Of a DNA stretch of 61,103 nucleotides, positions 1-9,485 are shown piece after piece. The notes beneath the pieces were generated by a model. That model made no database searches. It worked only from the letters and a program-made list of their open reading frames with translations, and had not been told where the DNA came from. The DNA is taken from positions 1 through 61,103 of the forward strand of contig DATCVG010000025.1 in assembly GCA_036567085.1 (NCBI GenBank), written 5' to 3'. Numbering within the stretch: the stretch's first letter is position 1; every line of letters begins with the position of its first letter. Made by a program: the position numbers and the translations under genes. The DNA is from Candidatus Methylopumilus sp. (GTDB taxonomy: Bacteria > Pseudomonadota > Gammaproteobacteria > Burkholderiales > Methylophilaceae).

Positions 1-168
1 TTTATGTGTTTCTGTGATTTTTTTTTCACACCATATGATATGAATATATTCAGAATGAATATCTTTGATCTGATGATTAATTGTTTGAAGTTTTCCAAGA
101 AGCTTTTCTTTTCTAAACTTTGAGTAAGCTGGACCACCAGCAATATGAATAATTTCTTGGCTTTGCAT
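1..168 (-). CDS. purL: Phosphoribosylformylglycinamidine synthase, 5' fragment (runs off window start)
   Basis: Not in the ORF track. Reverse strand from ATG at 168 reads MQSQEIIHIAGGPAYSKFRKEKLLGKLQTINHQIKDIHSEYIHIIW..., resembling the large-PurL N-terminus (G-x-P-A-L-S-x-F-R...I-Y-A-E-Y-V-H). Confidence 0.85.
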   Translation of the reverse strand, partial: MQSQEIIHIAGGPAYSKFRKEKLLGKLQTINHQIKDIHSEYIHIIWCEKKITETHK

Positions 169-253
169 GTTTTGGGCAGTGTTTTAAGATATTACTTTAA
201 GCTTATGATTTTAACAGAAGCTATTTTTTTAAACCTTGTTAATTTTTAACAAA

Positions 254-2044
254 TTAACTAGAAAAGTAGAGTGAGGTTTGATAGAAAATAAAGCTAAAAA
301 CCCAGGCCAGAAGAAGTGCCCATGAAACTGAATAAATCACAAATGAAAGGTTTTTGGATTCATTTTTAAGGGTTGCGATCGTAGAAAGGCAAGGTGTATA
401 AATGAGGGTAAAAATCATAAAGCTAATAGCCTGAATTTGAGTTACATTGCTATAAAGATGATGGATTAAAGCTGTGCCCTCCGCGCCGTAAATTACAGCT
501 AAGGCGCCAATAACAATTTCTTTGGCAATAAAACCAAAAATGAGGGCAATCACCAATTGTTCATTAATGCCAATGGGTTGGAAAATAGGGGATAGCCATT
601 TACCTAATTGGCCAGAATAAGTGAGTTCACTTGCAATCGGCACATCCATTGGGAAATGCGTTAACGCCCAAACAAGAAGCACGCCAATAATAATAAATTT
701 GGTGGCACGTGTTAGAAAATGTTTAATTTCAAGCACGCTTCTTTTGATGATGTGATTCATTGTTGGAAACCGATAGGGGGGCAATTCAATAATAATAGGT
801 TCTTTATTCTTGAATTGATTTTTAAAGATAAGTGCTGAAATAAAGATCGTGAAAAAACTTAATAAATAAAGACAGAAAAGCACCAGTGGTCCGTACTTAG
901 CGTTAAAGAGTGCTGTAATAATAAATAAAAATACTTGAAGTCTCGCTGAGCACAATGAAAATGGAATCACAAACATCGTTAGGAGACGAAGTTCTTTTGT
1001 GCGCATAATTTTAGTGCCCATGAGAGCGGGCACATTGCATCCAAAACCCATAAGCATCATCACAAAACCTCTTCCATCTAAGCCTATTTTTTCCATCAAA
1101 GCGTCCATCAAAAATGCAGCTCTTGAAAAATAACCACTATCTTCTACAACGCTCATGATGAGGAAGAAAAGAATAATAATGGGTACAAAAGCAGCTATGG
1201 TGGTGACCCCTAAATAGAGACCATCTAAGAGGAGGCTTTGAAAAATACCATGATGATTTGTAAATAAAGGCTCAAGATAATCTGCTCTAAAGAAATTGAA
1301 GAATTGAGCCATTAAATCTTGAATAGGTTTGCCTAGCGTGAAGATAAACTGAAAAATAGAAAATACAATAATAAAAAAAATGGGCAGACCCCAGAAGGGA
1401 TTCAAAAAGAGTGCGTCAAGTTTTTTTGTATTCTTATCGTTAAGTTTAGTTGGATATTTAACAGTTAATTGAATTAAAGTTTGAATTGTTTTTTGATGAG
1501 ATATTTGATTTGATGAATTTAATGAACTAATTTTTTTAATGGGTGTGGCGACATTTTGACTCATTAGTTGAGAAGAGGCTTTTAAAAGTTCAGTCATACC
1601 TTCGCCGAATTTAGCACTTGTTTTAACCACAGGTGTTTTAAGTTTTTTCTCTAACAATGGCGCGTTAATACTGATACCCATTTTTTTTGCTTCATCATGC
1701 ATATTGAGAGCGAGTACACAAGGGATATGAAGCTTTTGAAGTTGTAATAACAATGAAAGTTGTCGCTCAATTTGAGCGCTACATAAGACAACAATCGCTA
1801 AATCAATTTTGTTATGATTGATAAAGGTTTGTACAATTTTTTCATCTTCAGATAAACCTTGAAGATCATAAATGCCTGGTAAGTCTATGAGTTCAGCCAT
1901 ATGGCCAGCTAGTATTGTTTTCACCACATGAAGGTCTACAGTAATACCAGGCCAATTACCGATGCGCGCAGAGGAGCCGCTTAAGCGATTAAACAGAGTC
2001 GACTTGCCCGTATTTGGCATGCCTAAGAGAGCAATACGCTTCAT
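254..2044 (-). CDS. feoB: Ferrous iron transporter FeoB (short form)
   Basis: G1 GMPNTGKS, NWPGITVD, DLPGIY, NMHD; membrane motifs EDSGYFSRAAFLMD, GFGCNVPA, YTPC; overlaps feoA. Confidence 0.97.
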   Translation of the reverse strand: MKRIALLGMPNTGKSTLFNRLSGSSARIGNWPGITVDLHVVKTILAGHMAELIDLPGIYDLQGLSEDEKIVQTFINHNKIDLAIVVLCSAQIERQLSLLLQLQKLHIPCVLALNMHDEAKKMGISINAPLLEKKLKTPVVKTSAKFGEGMTELLKASSQLMSQNVATPIKKISSLNSSNQISHQKTIQTLIQLTVKYPTKLNDKNTKKLDALFLNPFWGLPIFFIIVFSIFQFIFTLGKPIQDLMAQFFNFFRADYLEPLFTNHHGIFQSLLLDGLYLGVTTIAAFVPIIILFFLIMSVVEDSGYFSRAAFLMDALMEKIGLDGRGFVMMLMGFGCNVPALMGTKIMRTKELRLLTMFVIPFSLCSARLQVFLFIITALFNAKYGPLVLFCLYLLSFFTIFISALIFKNQFKNKEPIIIELPPYRFPTMNHIIKRSVLEIKHFLTRATKFIIIGVLLVWALTHFPMDVPIASELTYSGQLGKWLSPIFQPIGINEQLVIALIFGFIAKEIVIGALAVIYGAEGTALIHHLYSNVTQIQAISFMIFTLIYTPCLSTIATLKNESKNLSFVIYSVSWALLLAWVFSFIFYQTSLYFSS

Positions 2045-2274
2045 AGGGCAGATGAGTTAATTTGAATGAGTGATGCTTCTTTTTCCCGAATCATAAGCTC
2101 AGTGGTATCAATCATGATGTGAAAAGGTCCTTTAAGTGGCGCCTTTCTTAAGACAGTGATTTTTTTGCCGCGTCTCAACCCCATGGCATGGAGCCTTTGA
2201 ATCAGCAAGCGATCCATATCGAGCTTTTGAATAATGCCGCTTTGGCCTTCTGACAATTCTAATAAAGTAGTCAT
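2041..2274 (-). CDS. feoA: Ferrous iron transport protein FeoA
   Basis: 77 aa with RLHAMGLRRG...RKAPLKGP FeoA signature, directly upstream of feoB. Confidence 0.95.
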   Translation of the reverse strand: MTTLLELSEGQSGIIQKLDMDRLLIQRLHAMGLRRGKKITVLRKAPLKGPFHIMIDTTELMIREKEASLIQINSSAL

Positions 2275-2286
2275 AGCTATCTAAAT

Positions 2287-2305
2287 GATAATGATTCTTA
2301 TTATT
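2287..2305. promoter_or_regulatory. Fur box upstream of feoAB
   Basis: GATAATGATTCTTATTATT matches 15/19 of the Fur consensus GATAATGATAATCATTATC, 12 bp upstream of the feoA start. Confidence 0.85.
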
Positions 2306-2311
2306 ATATAC

Positions 2312-2337
2312 AAAAAAGCCTGCATAACGCAGGCTTT
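2312..2337 (-). terminator. Rho-independent terminator after the PPIase gene
   Basis: Minus strand AAAGCCTGC-GTTAT-GCAGGCTTT-TTT; separates the PPIase operon from feoAB. Confidence 0.85.
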
Positions 2338-2361
2338 AACTGACTCCCAAGACGAATTTCT

Positions 2362-3156
2362 TTATTTTCGGTTATCAACAATCTTAGCTTTTGCTTTGAG
2401 ATCTGTTAGAAGCTTATCAAGTTGTTTTTGTTGAAGTGTTTTGGCTAAACCTTCTTTTACTTTATCGAACTCAGGTGCTTGAAGTGCTCTTGTATCTTCC
2501 AGCTTAATTACATGCCAGCCGAATTGTGTTTGAACTGGTAGAGTAGTAAAGCTACCTTTTTTAATTGAGGTAAGTGCTTCAGCAAATGGCTTCACCATTG
2601 AGTTCGCTGGGAACCAACCCAAATCACCACCTTTATCTTTTGAACCTGGATCTTTTGATCTATCTTTAGCTATTTTGCTAAAGTTTCCACCTTTATTAAG
2701 TTCAGTAATCACGTCTTTAGCTTCTTGTTCGCTTCCAACAAGAATATGTTTTGCATTGAATTCTTGAGTTCCCAAATCTTTTTTATATTGTTCATATGCA
2801 TTTTTAATATCAGATTCTGGAATAGGATTTTTTTGTACATAATTTTGTAGGAATGTGTTGTATAGCATTTCTTTACGCGCTAACTCTTCTTTCAAAAGAT
2901 AGTTTGCGTCCTTGCTAAGCCCGGTTCTTTCTGCTTCTTGATTAATAACTTCCATGGCAATCATGCGATTGACAATCATATTATTAAGGTTGTCATCCAT
3001 TTTTTGACCGCGATTTGCAAGATCTTTCACCACAAAATCATAGAGATTCTTTTTGATAGGCTTGCCATTCACTGTAATATTTAAATCTGCTGCATGGCCT
3101 AATACACCGAACTGAAAAAGTAAAATAAAGACAAAGGTTTTGATAAAAGAAAACAT
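2362..3156 (-). CDS. Exported parvulin/PpiC-type peptidyl-prolyl isomerase
   Basis: Signal peptide ending GHA-A; parvulin motifs AKHILV, SKDPGS-KGGDLGWF, MVKPF, QTQFGWHVI; usual position after bolA. Confidence 0.93.
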   Translation of the reverse strand: MFSFIKTFVFILLFQFGVLGHAADLNITVNGKPIKKNLYDFVVKDLANRGQKMDDNLNNMIVNRMIAMEVINQEAERTGLSKDANYLLKEELARKEMLYNTFLQNYVQKNPIPESDIKNAYEQYKKDLGTQEFNAKHILVGSEQEAKDVITELNKGGNFSKIAKDRSKDPGSKDKGGDLGWFPANSMVKPFAEALTSIKKGSFTTLPVQTQFGWHVIKLEDTRALQAPEFDKVKEGLAKTLQQKQLDKLLTDLKAKAKIVDNRK

Positions 3157-3193
3157 TAAAGCTCCTTGATAATTAATATTGAAGAGTGATTCC

Positions 3194-3442
3194 TTAAGGC
3201 AAATCAGCTTTGATACTTAATGCATGAATTTTTTGAGGAATTAAATCTTTAAGTGCTTCGTAAATCATGCGATGCCTCATTATCGTTGATTTTCCTAAAA
3301 AATGCGAACTTGTAATTTCCAAATCGAAATGGCCGCCACCTGTATTGCCGCTATGTCCTTTATGAAGATCACTTAAGTCTTTGAGACTTAAATGAGAGGG
3401 TTCTAAAAATGCTAGCCTTTCTTTAATAAGATCTTTTAACAT
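3194..3442 (-). CDS. bolA: BolA family protein
   Basis: DLSDLHKGH...GGHFDLEITS, RHRMIY, IHALSI. Confidence 0.93.
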   Translation of the reverse strand: MLKDLIKERLAFLEPSHLSLKDLSDLHKGHSGNTGGGHFDLEITSSHFLGKSTIMRHRMIYEALKDLIPQKIHALSIKADLP

Positions 3443-3448
3443 AGATTT

Positions 3449-3748
3449 TTAAGGGAGTGTTTTTCTGAAAGGTTTTACTTCAACAGAAGCATAAACGCCT
3501 GAAGTATAAAAAGGATCTTCATGTGCCCAGCTTATCGCTTCATCTAGAGAAGTAAATTCAGCCACAATTAGACTTCCTGAAAAGCCATCTAAACCAGGAT
3601 CAATTGCATCGATCGCGGGGAAAGGCCCTGCGAGAATCAACTTTCCCTGATCTTGCAATATTTTAATGCGCGCTAAATGCGCTGGCCTTTGAGCCAATCT
3701 TTGATTGAGGCTATTTTGCTGATCTTTAGCGATGATGGCGTAAAACAT
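3449..3748 (-). CDS. yciI: YciI family protein
   Basis: Start reassigned to ATG 3748 (MFYAIIAKD); RPAHLAR, LAGPFPAID, GSLIVAEF, DPFYTSGVY. Confidence 0.92.
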   Translation of the reverse strand: MFYAIIAKDQQNSLNQRLAQRPAHLARIKILQDQGKLILAGPFPAIDAIDPGLDGFSGSLIVAEFTSLDEAISWAHEDPFYTSGVYASVEVKPFRKTLP

Positions 3749-3749
3749 A

Positions 3750-4277
3750 TTATTTATGATTAGCTCTTGATGCCAAAACACCAATCAATATGGCATAACA
3801 AATGATTAATCCTGTAATACCGAATAATTTAAAATTTACCCAGATACTCTCTGAAAAATTAAAAGCAACGTATAGATTAAGAAAGCCTAAGCCTGCAAAA
3901 AATAATGCTGAAGTCATATTAATTTGATTCCAAGTTTTTTCATTTAATCGAATTTGTTCGCCCATGAGATTTTTAACAAGATTTTTTTTCTTAAAAAAAT
4001 GAAAAAATAAAAGCGCGCCTGCTAATAACCAATACAAAATACTAGGCTTCCATTTAATAAAATTTGCATCATGAAGCCATAATGTTGTTCCACCTAAGAT
4101 GCTGATCAATACAGTATTAAATATAAGCAATTTATCCACTCTTTTGTGAATGAGCTTGCTATAGATCAGTTGAAAAAATGTGGCAACTATAACGACTAAT
4201 GTTGCTGTATAAATGTCTGAAAATTTATATGCAATAAAAAAAAGAATGACAGGAAAAAGATCAAATAGAAATTTCAT
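3750..4277 (-). CDS. yciB: Inner-membrane protein YciB (septation protein A/IspZ)
   Basis: Start reassigned to ATG 4277 (MKFLFDLFP); FIKWKPS and WVNFKLFG motifs. Confidence 0.93.
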   Translation of the reverse strand: MKFLFDLFPVILFFIAYKFSDIYTATLVVIVATFFQLIYSKLIHKRVDKLLIFNTVLISILGGTTLWLHDANFIKWKPSILYWLLAGALLFFHFFKKKNLVKNLMGEQIRLNEKTWNQINMTSALFFAGLGFLNLYVAFNFSESIWVNFKLFGITGLIICYAILIGVLASRANHK

Positions 4278-4365
4278 TTGTAAAATTACCTCATGGCTTT
4301 TATACATTATGTTTGGTCTAGACTATCTGATATTATGGTAGTTCACATTGAAGTACCTAATACCC

Positions 4366-5211
4366 ATGATCGATCTTCATTCACATTCTACTATATCTGA
4401 CGGATTATTGAGCCCAGCTGAACTTGTTCGGCATGCTCATACTAAAGGTATCAAGGTTCTTTCTTTAACCGATCATGATGATGTTGAAGGTTTAAAGGAA
4501 GCAACTTCAGAAGCAAAATTATTGGGCATGCATTTAATTCACGGCGTTGAAATTTCAGTGACATGGAAAAGGGTCACGATTCATATTGTTGGATTGAATG
4601 TAGACCCAGAAAATAAAACCTTATTACAAGGACTTTCTTCTATTCGAAACGGGCGCTATGAAAGAGCTAAGCAAATGGCGCATGCGCTTGATCAAATAGG
4701 TATCAAAGGTAGTCTAAAGGGCGCATTAAAATATGCAAAATCAGGTATTTTAGGCCGAACACATTTTGCAAGATTTTTAGTTGACACTGGGCACGCTAGA
4801 GATGTGAGAGCAGTATTTAAAAATTATCTCGTCAAAGGCAAGCCAGGCTTCATTGAACATACATGGACAAATTTAGAAAATGCACTCACATGGATACATG
4901 AGAGTGGGGGTATCGCTGTTGTCGCTCATCCTGCCCGATATGATTTAGGTAAAAATAATCTTATGGCATTCTTAAATGAATTTAAAGCATTGGGAGGCCA
5001 AGGGATTGAAGTCATTTCAGGAAGTCACACGACCGAAGATTCTTTAAAATTCTCAAGAATTGCAGATGAGTTTGAATTACTAGCATCTATAGGTTCTGAT
5101 TATCATGGACCAGGTATCTCTTATAGGGAGATGGGGTCATTGCCCAAACTTCCTGAAACATGCGTTCCGATATGGAAAGCTTGGAATGAAGTCAATGCCT
5201 TATTGAACTAA
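4366..5211 (+). CDS. PHP-domain phosphoesterase (YciV/RNase AM-like)
   Basis: Likely start ATG 4366; DLHSHSTISDG, LTDHD, GVEIS, AHPARY, GSDYHG metal-binding motifs. Confidence 0.9.
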   Translation: MIDLHSHSTISDGLLSPAELVRHAHTKGIKVLSLTDHDDVEGLKEATSEAKLLGMHLIHGVEISVTWKRVTIHIVGLNVDPENKTLLQGLSSIRNGRYERAKQMAHALDQIGIKGSLKGALKYAKSGILGRTHFARFLVDTGHARDVRAVFKNYLVKGKPGFIEHTWTNLENALTWIHESGGIAVVAHPARYDLGKNNLMAFLNEFKALGGQGIEVISGSHTTEDSLKFSRIADEFELLASIGSDYHGPGISYREMGSLPKLPETCVPIWKAWNEVNALLN

Positions 5212-5279
5212 ATTTTTTCTCAAAAATACATATTTCTTGAATGAATATAAGAATATTCAAATAGAATGACATTCTATAT

Positions 5280-5918
5280 ATGGAATTAACTGTTATACAA
5301 AAAGTTACCGTTTACGCGCTTCCCATTATCTTTGCGATTACGGTTCATGAGGCAGCGCATGGCTATGCCGCCAAGCATTTTGGCGATTTGACAGCTTACA
5401 ATCAAAATAGAATCAGTCTTAATCCACTAAGACATATTGATCCCATTGGCACTATTCTCTTGCCAGCTTTAACTGTATTACTGGGCGGTGTATTATTTGG
5501 GTGGGCTAAGCCTGTACCAGTTAATTTTATGAATTTGCGCCATCCTAAAAAAGATATGCTTTGGGTAGCTGCAGCTGGCCCTTTTTCAAATTTAATTATG
5601 GCAATCTTTTGGACAATTTTATATGGACGAAGTGCCTATTTACCAGAATCGATGTCTTTGTTTATTCAGCAAATGGGTATAGCAGGTATTAGTATTAATC
5701 TATCTTTAATGGTATTAAATTTAATTCCATTGCCCCCACTCGACGGAGGAAGAATTGCCGTGAGTTTATTACCTAATCATCTCGCTTATAAGTATGCACA
5801 AGTTGAACGATATGGTTTTTTAATTTTAATTATTTTATTAATGACTCATATTCTTGATTTAATAATTTTTCCGCTTATCCAAATAAGTCAAAGTCTAATT
5901 TTATGGATATTTGCATAA
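5280..5918 (+). CDS. Site-2 protease family (peptidase M50) membrane protein
   Basis: HEAAH zinc motif and NLIPLPPLDG; hydrophobic; upstream of trpS. Confidence 0.93.
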   Translation: MELTVIQKVTVYALPIIFAITVHEAAHGYAAKHFGDLTAYNQNRISLNPLRHIDPIGTILLPALTVLLGGVLFGWAKPVPVNFMNLRHPKKDMLWVAAAGPFSNLIMAIFWTILYGRSAYLPESMSLFIQQMGIAGISINLSLMVLNLIPLPPLDGGRIAVSLLPNHLAYKYAQVERYGFLILIILLMTHILDLIIFPLIQISQSLILWIFA

Positions 5919-5935
5919 GGATGAAGATATAAGTT

Positions 5936-7135
5936 ATGGCTATTGAACGTGTCATATCAGGGATGCGACCCACGGGCAATCTTCATTTGGGCCACTTCAA
6001 TGGAGTGTTGAAAAATTGGATCAATCTCCAACATGAATTCGAATGTTTATTCTTCGTAGCAGATTGGCACGCTCTCACGACGCATTACGACTCTCCTGAA
6101 ATTATTGAAGAGAACGTCTGGGAAATGGTGGTTGATTGGCTCGCAGCTGGGGTTGATCCAGCGACAGCAACTATTTTTATTCAGTCTAAAGTCCCTGAGC
6201 ACGCTGAGCTTCATACCTTGCTATCTATGATCACACCTCTGGGCTGGCTTGAAAGAGTGCCAACCTATAAAGATCAACAAGAAAAATTATCCTCTAAAGA
6301 TTTATCGACTTATGGATTCCTAGGCTATCCATTATTACAAAGCGCAGATATTCTGATTTATAAAGCAACTCAAGTGCCTGTTGGTGAAGATCAAATTCCT
6401 CATATTGAATTTACACGTGAGATTGCAAGACGCTTTAATCATCTCTACGGCAAAGAAGCTGGTTTTGTTGAAAAAGCTGAAGAGGCAATTAAAAAATTAG
6501 GCTCTAAAAAAAGTAGTCTCTATATGGAGATGAAAACAGCCTATCAAGAAAATGGTGACGAAGAAGCTTTAGATTCAGCGCGCGTATTAATCGAAGAACA
6601 TCAGGGATTAAGTTTAGGCGACAAAGAAAGATTGTTAGGCTTTTTAGAAGGTGGCGGCAAAATGATTCTAGTTGAACCAGAGTATAAGCTAGCACCCGCA
6701 TCAAAGATGATTGGTTTAGACGGTCAAAAAATGTCTAAGTCTTATAACAATACAATTGCTTTAAGAGAGCCTCCAGAATCTGTTGAGAAAAAAATCAAAA
6801 CAATGCCAACAGATCCTGCGCGCGTCAGAAGAAATGACCCAGGAAATCCAAATCATTGTCCTGTGTGGCAATTGCATCAGGTCTACTCAAATGACGAAAT
6901 AAAGTCTTGGGTCGAAACAGGATGTAAAGAAGCGAAAATAGGATGTATTGAGTGTAAGCAACCTGTGATTGAAGCGATCAATAAAGAATTGAAACCTATT
7001 CAAGAAAGAGCATCTCATTATATTGAAGATCCTGATCTTGTAAAAAATATCGTGGCAGAAGGTTGTGAAAAAGCGAGAAAATTAGCAAGAGAAACGATGC
7101 GAGAGGTAAGAGAAGCGATGGGGTTAAATTACTAA
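5936..7135 (+). CDS. trpS: Tryptophanyl-tRNA synthetase
   Basis: SGMRPTGNLHLGH, VPVGEDQ, KMSKS. Confidence 0.97.
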   Translation: MAIERVISGMRPTGNLHLGHFNGVLKNWINLQHEFECLFFVADWHALTTHYDSPEIIEENVWEMVVDWLAAGVDPATATIFIQSKVPEHAELHTLLSMITPLGWLERVPTYKDQQEKLSSKDLSTYGFLGYPLLQSADILIYKATQVPVGEDQIPHIEFTREIARRFNHLYGKEAGFVEKAEEAIKKLGSKKSSLYMEMKTAYQENGDEEALDSARVLIEEHQGLSLGDKERLLGFLEGGGKMILVEPEYKLAPASKMIGLDGQKMSKSYNNTIALREPPESVEKKIKTMPTDPARVRRNDPGNPNHCPVWQLHQVYSNDEIKSWVETGCKEAKIGCIECKQPVIEAINKELKPIQERASHYIEDPDLVKNIVAEGCEKARKLARETMREVREAMGLNY

Positions 7136-7926
7136 TGAATCAAGAAGTGCAAACAGTGAGGATTGGAAAAATTCATGGAGAGAATATTGAGGTATTACCC
7201 CAGGATCTCTACATTCCCCCTGACGCACTTGAAATTTACCTAGAAGCTTTTGAAGGACCGCTCGATCTTCTTTTATACCTCATTAGAAAACATAACTTAG
7301 ATATTCTCGACATCCCTATGGCTGACTTAACAATTCAGTACATGGATTATGTAGAGAAAATGAAAGAAATTAAACTTGAGTTAGCTGCAGATTATTTACT
7401 TATGTCCGCTGTCTTGATTGAAATTAAATCAAGAATGCTTTTGCCTAAGAAAACGGCTGAGGTGGATACAGAGCAAGATCCTCGCGCTGAACTTGTGCGA
7501 AGACTGATGGAATATGAACTTATTAAAATAGCCTCTGAAAAACTTACACAAATGCCACAAGTGGGCGTTGATCTTTTTGTAGCCAATGCTTATTTTGAAA
7601 AAATTACAGAAATTACTTATCCAGATGTATCGATCGATGAAATATTCGCAGCATGGAAAAATATTTTAAATCGTGCAAAACATTTTGAAGCGCATAAAAT
7701 TGCTCGAAATGAACTCTCTGTAAGAGAGCATATGACTATAATTTTAAGAAAACTTCAAGAAGAAGAATTTATTGAGTTTTCATCACTATTTAATGTAGCT
7801 GAAGATAGAATTCAAAAGTTAGTTGTATGTTTCTTAGCTATATTAGAATTAGCAAGAGAGCGGCTCATTAAGATTACTCAACAAGAAAGCTTTTCCCCTA
7901 TCTACATTAAATTACAGAATAATTAA
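7135..7926 (+). CDS. scpA: Segregation/condensation protein A
   Basis: FEGPLDLLLYLI, IKSRMLLP, DPRAELVRRL, FLAILEL. Confidence 0.95.
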   Translation: MNQEVQTVRIGKIHGENIEVLPQDLYIPPDALEIYLEAFEGPLDLLLYLIRKHNLDILDIPMADLTIQYMDYVEKMKEIKLELAADYLLMSAVLIEIKSRMLLPKKTAEVDTEQDPRAELVRRLMEYELIKIASEKLTQMPQVGVDLFVANAYFEKITEITYPDVSIDEIFAAWKNILNRAKHFEAHKIARNELSVREHMTIILRKLQEEEFIEFSSLFNVAEDRIQKLVVCFLAILELARERLIKITQQESFSPIYIKLQNN

Positions 7927-7929
7927 GCC

Positions 7930-8481
7930 ATGACGGATTTAAATAACATATCGAAAATTAAACAAATACTAGAAGTGGCACTTCTAACGAGCGCTAATCC
8001 TTTATCATTGGATGATTTGCAAAAATTATTTTCAGAAAAAATTGAGCGATCTACATTAAGAATGTTGTTAGATGAACTTAAAACAGAATGGCAAGACCGC
8101 ACTATGGAATTAGTCCTTGTCGCATCGGGTTATCGCTTTAAAGCAAGAGATGAATATTCAAGCTATCTTATGAGATTGAGCCCTGAAAAAGTAGCTAAAT
8201 ATAGTCGTGCAGTAATGGAGGTATTGGCGATTGTGGCTTATAGACAGCCAGTCACGCGGGGCGATATTGAAGAGATTAGAGGTGTTGCACTTAATCCTAA
8301 TGCTATTAGGCAGTTGTTAGAGAGAGACTGGATTGATGTGATTGGTCAAAAAGACGTTCCTGGCAGACCTTCCTTGTATGCAACAACAAAACATTTTTTA
8401 AATGATTTTAATTTAAGGTCTTTATCCGAGCTTCCTGATATCGAAAGCTTCCTCCAAAATGAAATTCCTTTGAATGTCTAA
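7930..8481 (+). CDS. scpB: Segregation/condensation protein B
   Basis: EVLAIVAYRQPVTRGDIEEIRGV, PGRPSLYATT. Confidence 0.95.
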   Translation: MTDLNNISKIKQILEVALLTSANPLSLDDLQKLFSEKIERSTLRMLLDELKTEWQDRTMELVLVASGYRFKARDEYSSYLMRLSPEKVAKYSRAVMEVLAIVAYRQPVTRGDIEEIRGVALNPNAIRQLLERDWIDVIGQKDVPGRPSLYATTKHFLNDFNLRSLSELPDIESFLQNEIPLNV

Positions 8482-8510
8482 TGTTAAGTCATTAAAGACT
8501 TAATTACTTT

Positions 8511-9485
8511 ATGCGTTCACAAGATCAAGATTCATCCAAAGAAAGTAAGCATTCAAGCGCATTAAAAACTCAGCGCCTGCATAAACTCCTTGCTCAATCT
8601 GGCATTGGATCCAGACGAGCAATGGAAAAATATATTGAAGCAGGTCGTGTGTATGTCAATGACAGCCCAGCAACTTTAGGTCAATTGATCCATGAGCATG
8701 ACATCATTAAGATTGATGGAAAAACGACTCATCTTTTCTTTGATTTAAAATTTCCTAAAATTCTTATCTACCATAAGCCTGAAGGTGAGATCGTTTCTGT
8801 AAGTGACCCGCAAAAAAGAACCACAGTATTCTCAAAGTTGCCAAGAATTAAGAATGAAAAATGGATTTCGATAGGGCGTCTTGACATTAATACTTCAGGG
8901 CTCCTTATGTTTACTACTTCAGGCGATCTTGCTAATCGCCTCATGCATCCTAAATTTGAAATTGAACGTGAATATGCTGTTCGTATCTTTGGCGAATTAA
9001 CTGAAGAGCAAATATCAAAATTAAAATCAGGCGTTAAGTTAGATGATGGCCTCGCAAAATTTGATGAAATTCGTTATCAAGGTGGCGAAGGAGCTAATCG
9101 CTGGTATCAGGTCATACTAATGGAAGGAAGAAATCGAGAAGTTAGGCGTTTGTTTGAACATTTTAATTTGCCCGTGAGTCGACTCATTCGAACTAGATTT
9201 GGGCCCGTGTCTCTTCCATCTCGGGTAAAAAGAGGCATGATGCTAGAGCTTGAAGTGAAAGAAGTTGAAAAAATTTTAAAATGGCTAGATATGCCTTTTT
9301 CGATGATCAGTCGTAATGAAAGTCTTAATAAAGTTAAAGCGCGAAAAAAACATGCGCATCCATCACCCTATGCGCCGAAAGTGAAGCTTGATCGAAAAGC
9401 TATATTAGATAAAAAGATTAAAAAGATTGGAAGAAAACCAGTTAAGAGAAGAATCAGAAGTGATTCTGATATTAAAAAAATCTAA
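8511..9485 (+). CDS. rluB: 23S rRNA pseudouridine synthase RluB
   Basis: S4 domain RLHKLLAQSGIGSRR, catalytic GRLDINTSGL, EGRNREVRR; basic C-terminal tail. Confidence 0.9.
   Translation: MRSQDQDSSKESKHSSALKTQRLHKLLAQSGIGSRRAMEKYIEAGRVYVNDSPATLGQLIHEHDIIKIDGKTTHLFFDLKFPKILIYHKPEGEIVSVSDPQKRTTVFSKLPRIKNEKWISIGRLDINTSGLLMFTTSGDLANRLMHPKFEIEREYAVRIFGELTEEQISKLKSGVKLDDGLAKFDEIRYQGGEGANRWYQVILMEGRNREVRRLFEHFNLPVSRLIRTRFGPVSLPSRVKRGMMLELEVKEVEKILKWLDMPFSMISRNESLNKVKARKKHAHPSPYAPKVKLDRKAILDKKIKKIGRKPVKRRIRSDSDIKKI

Noticed and set aside
6450-6660. Extra segment of roughly 65-70 aa in TrpRS before KMSKS
   Set aside because: About 400-aa TrpRS with this insertion is usual in this S2P-trpS-scpAB context; no intein motifs.
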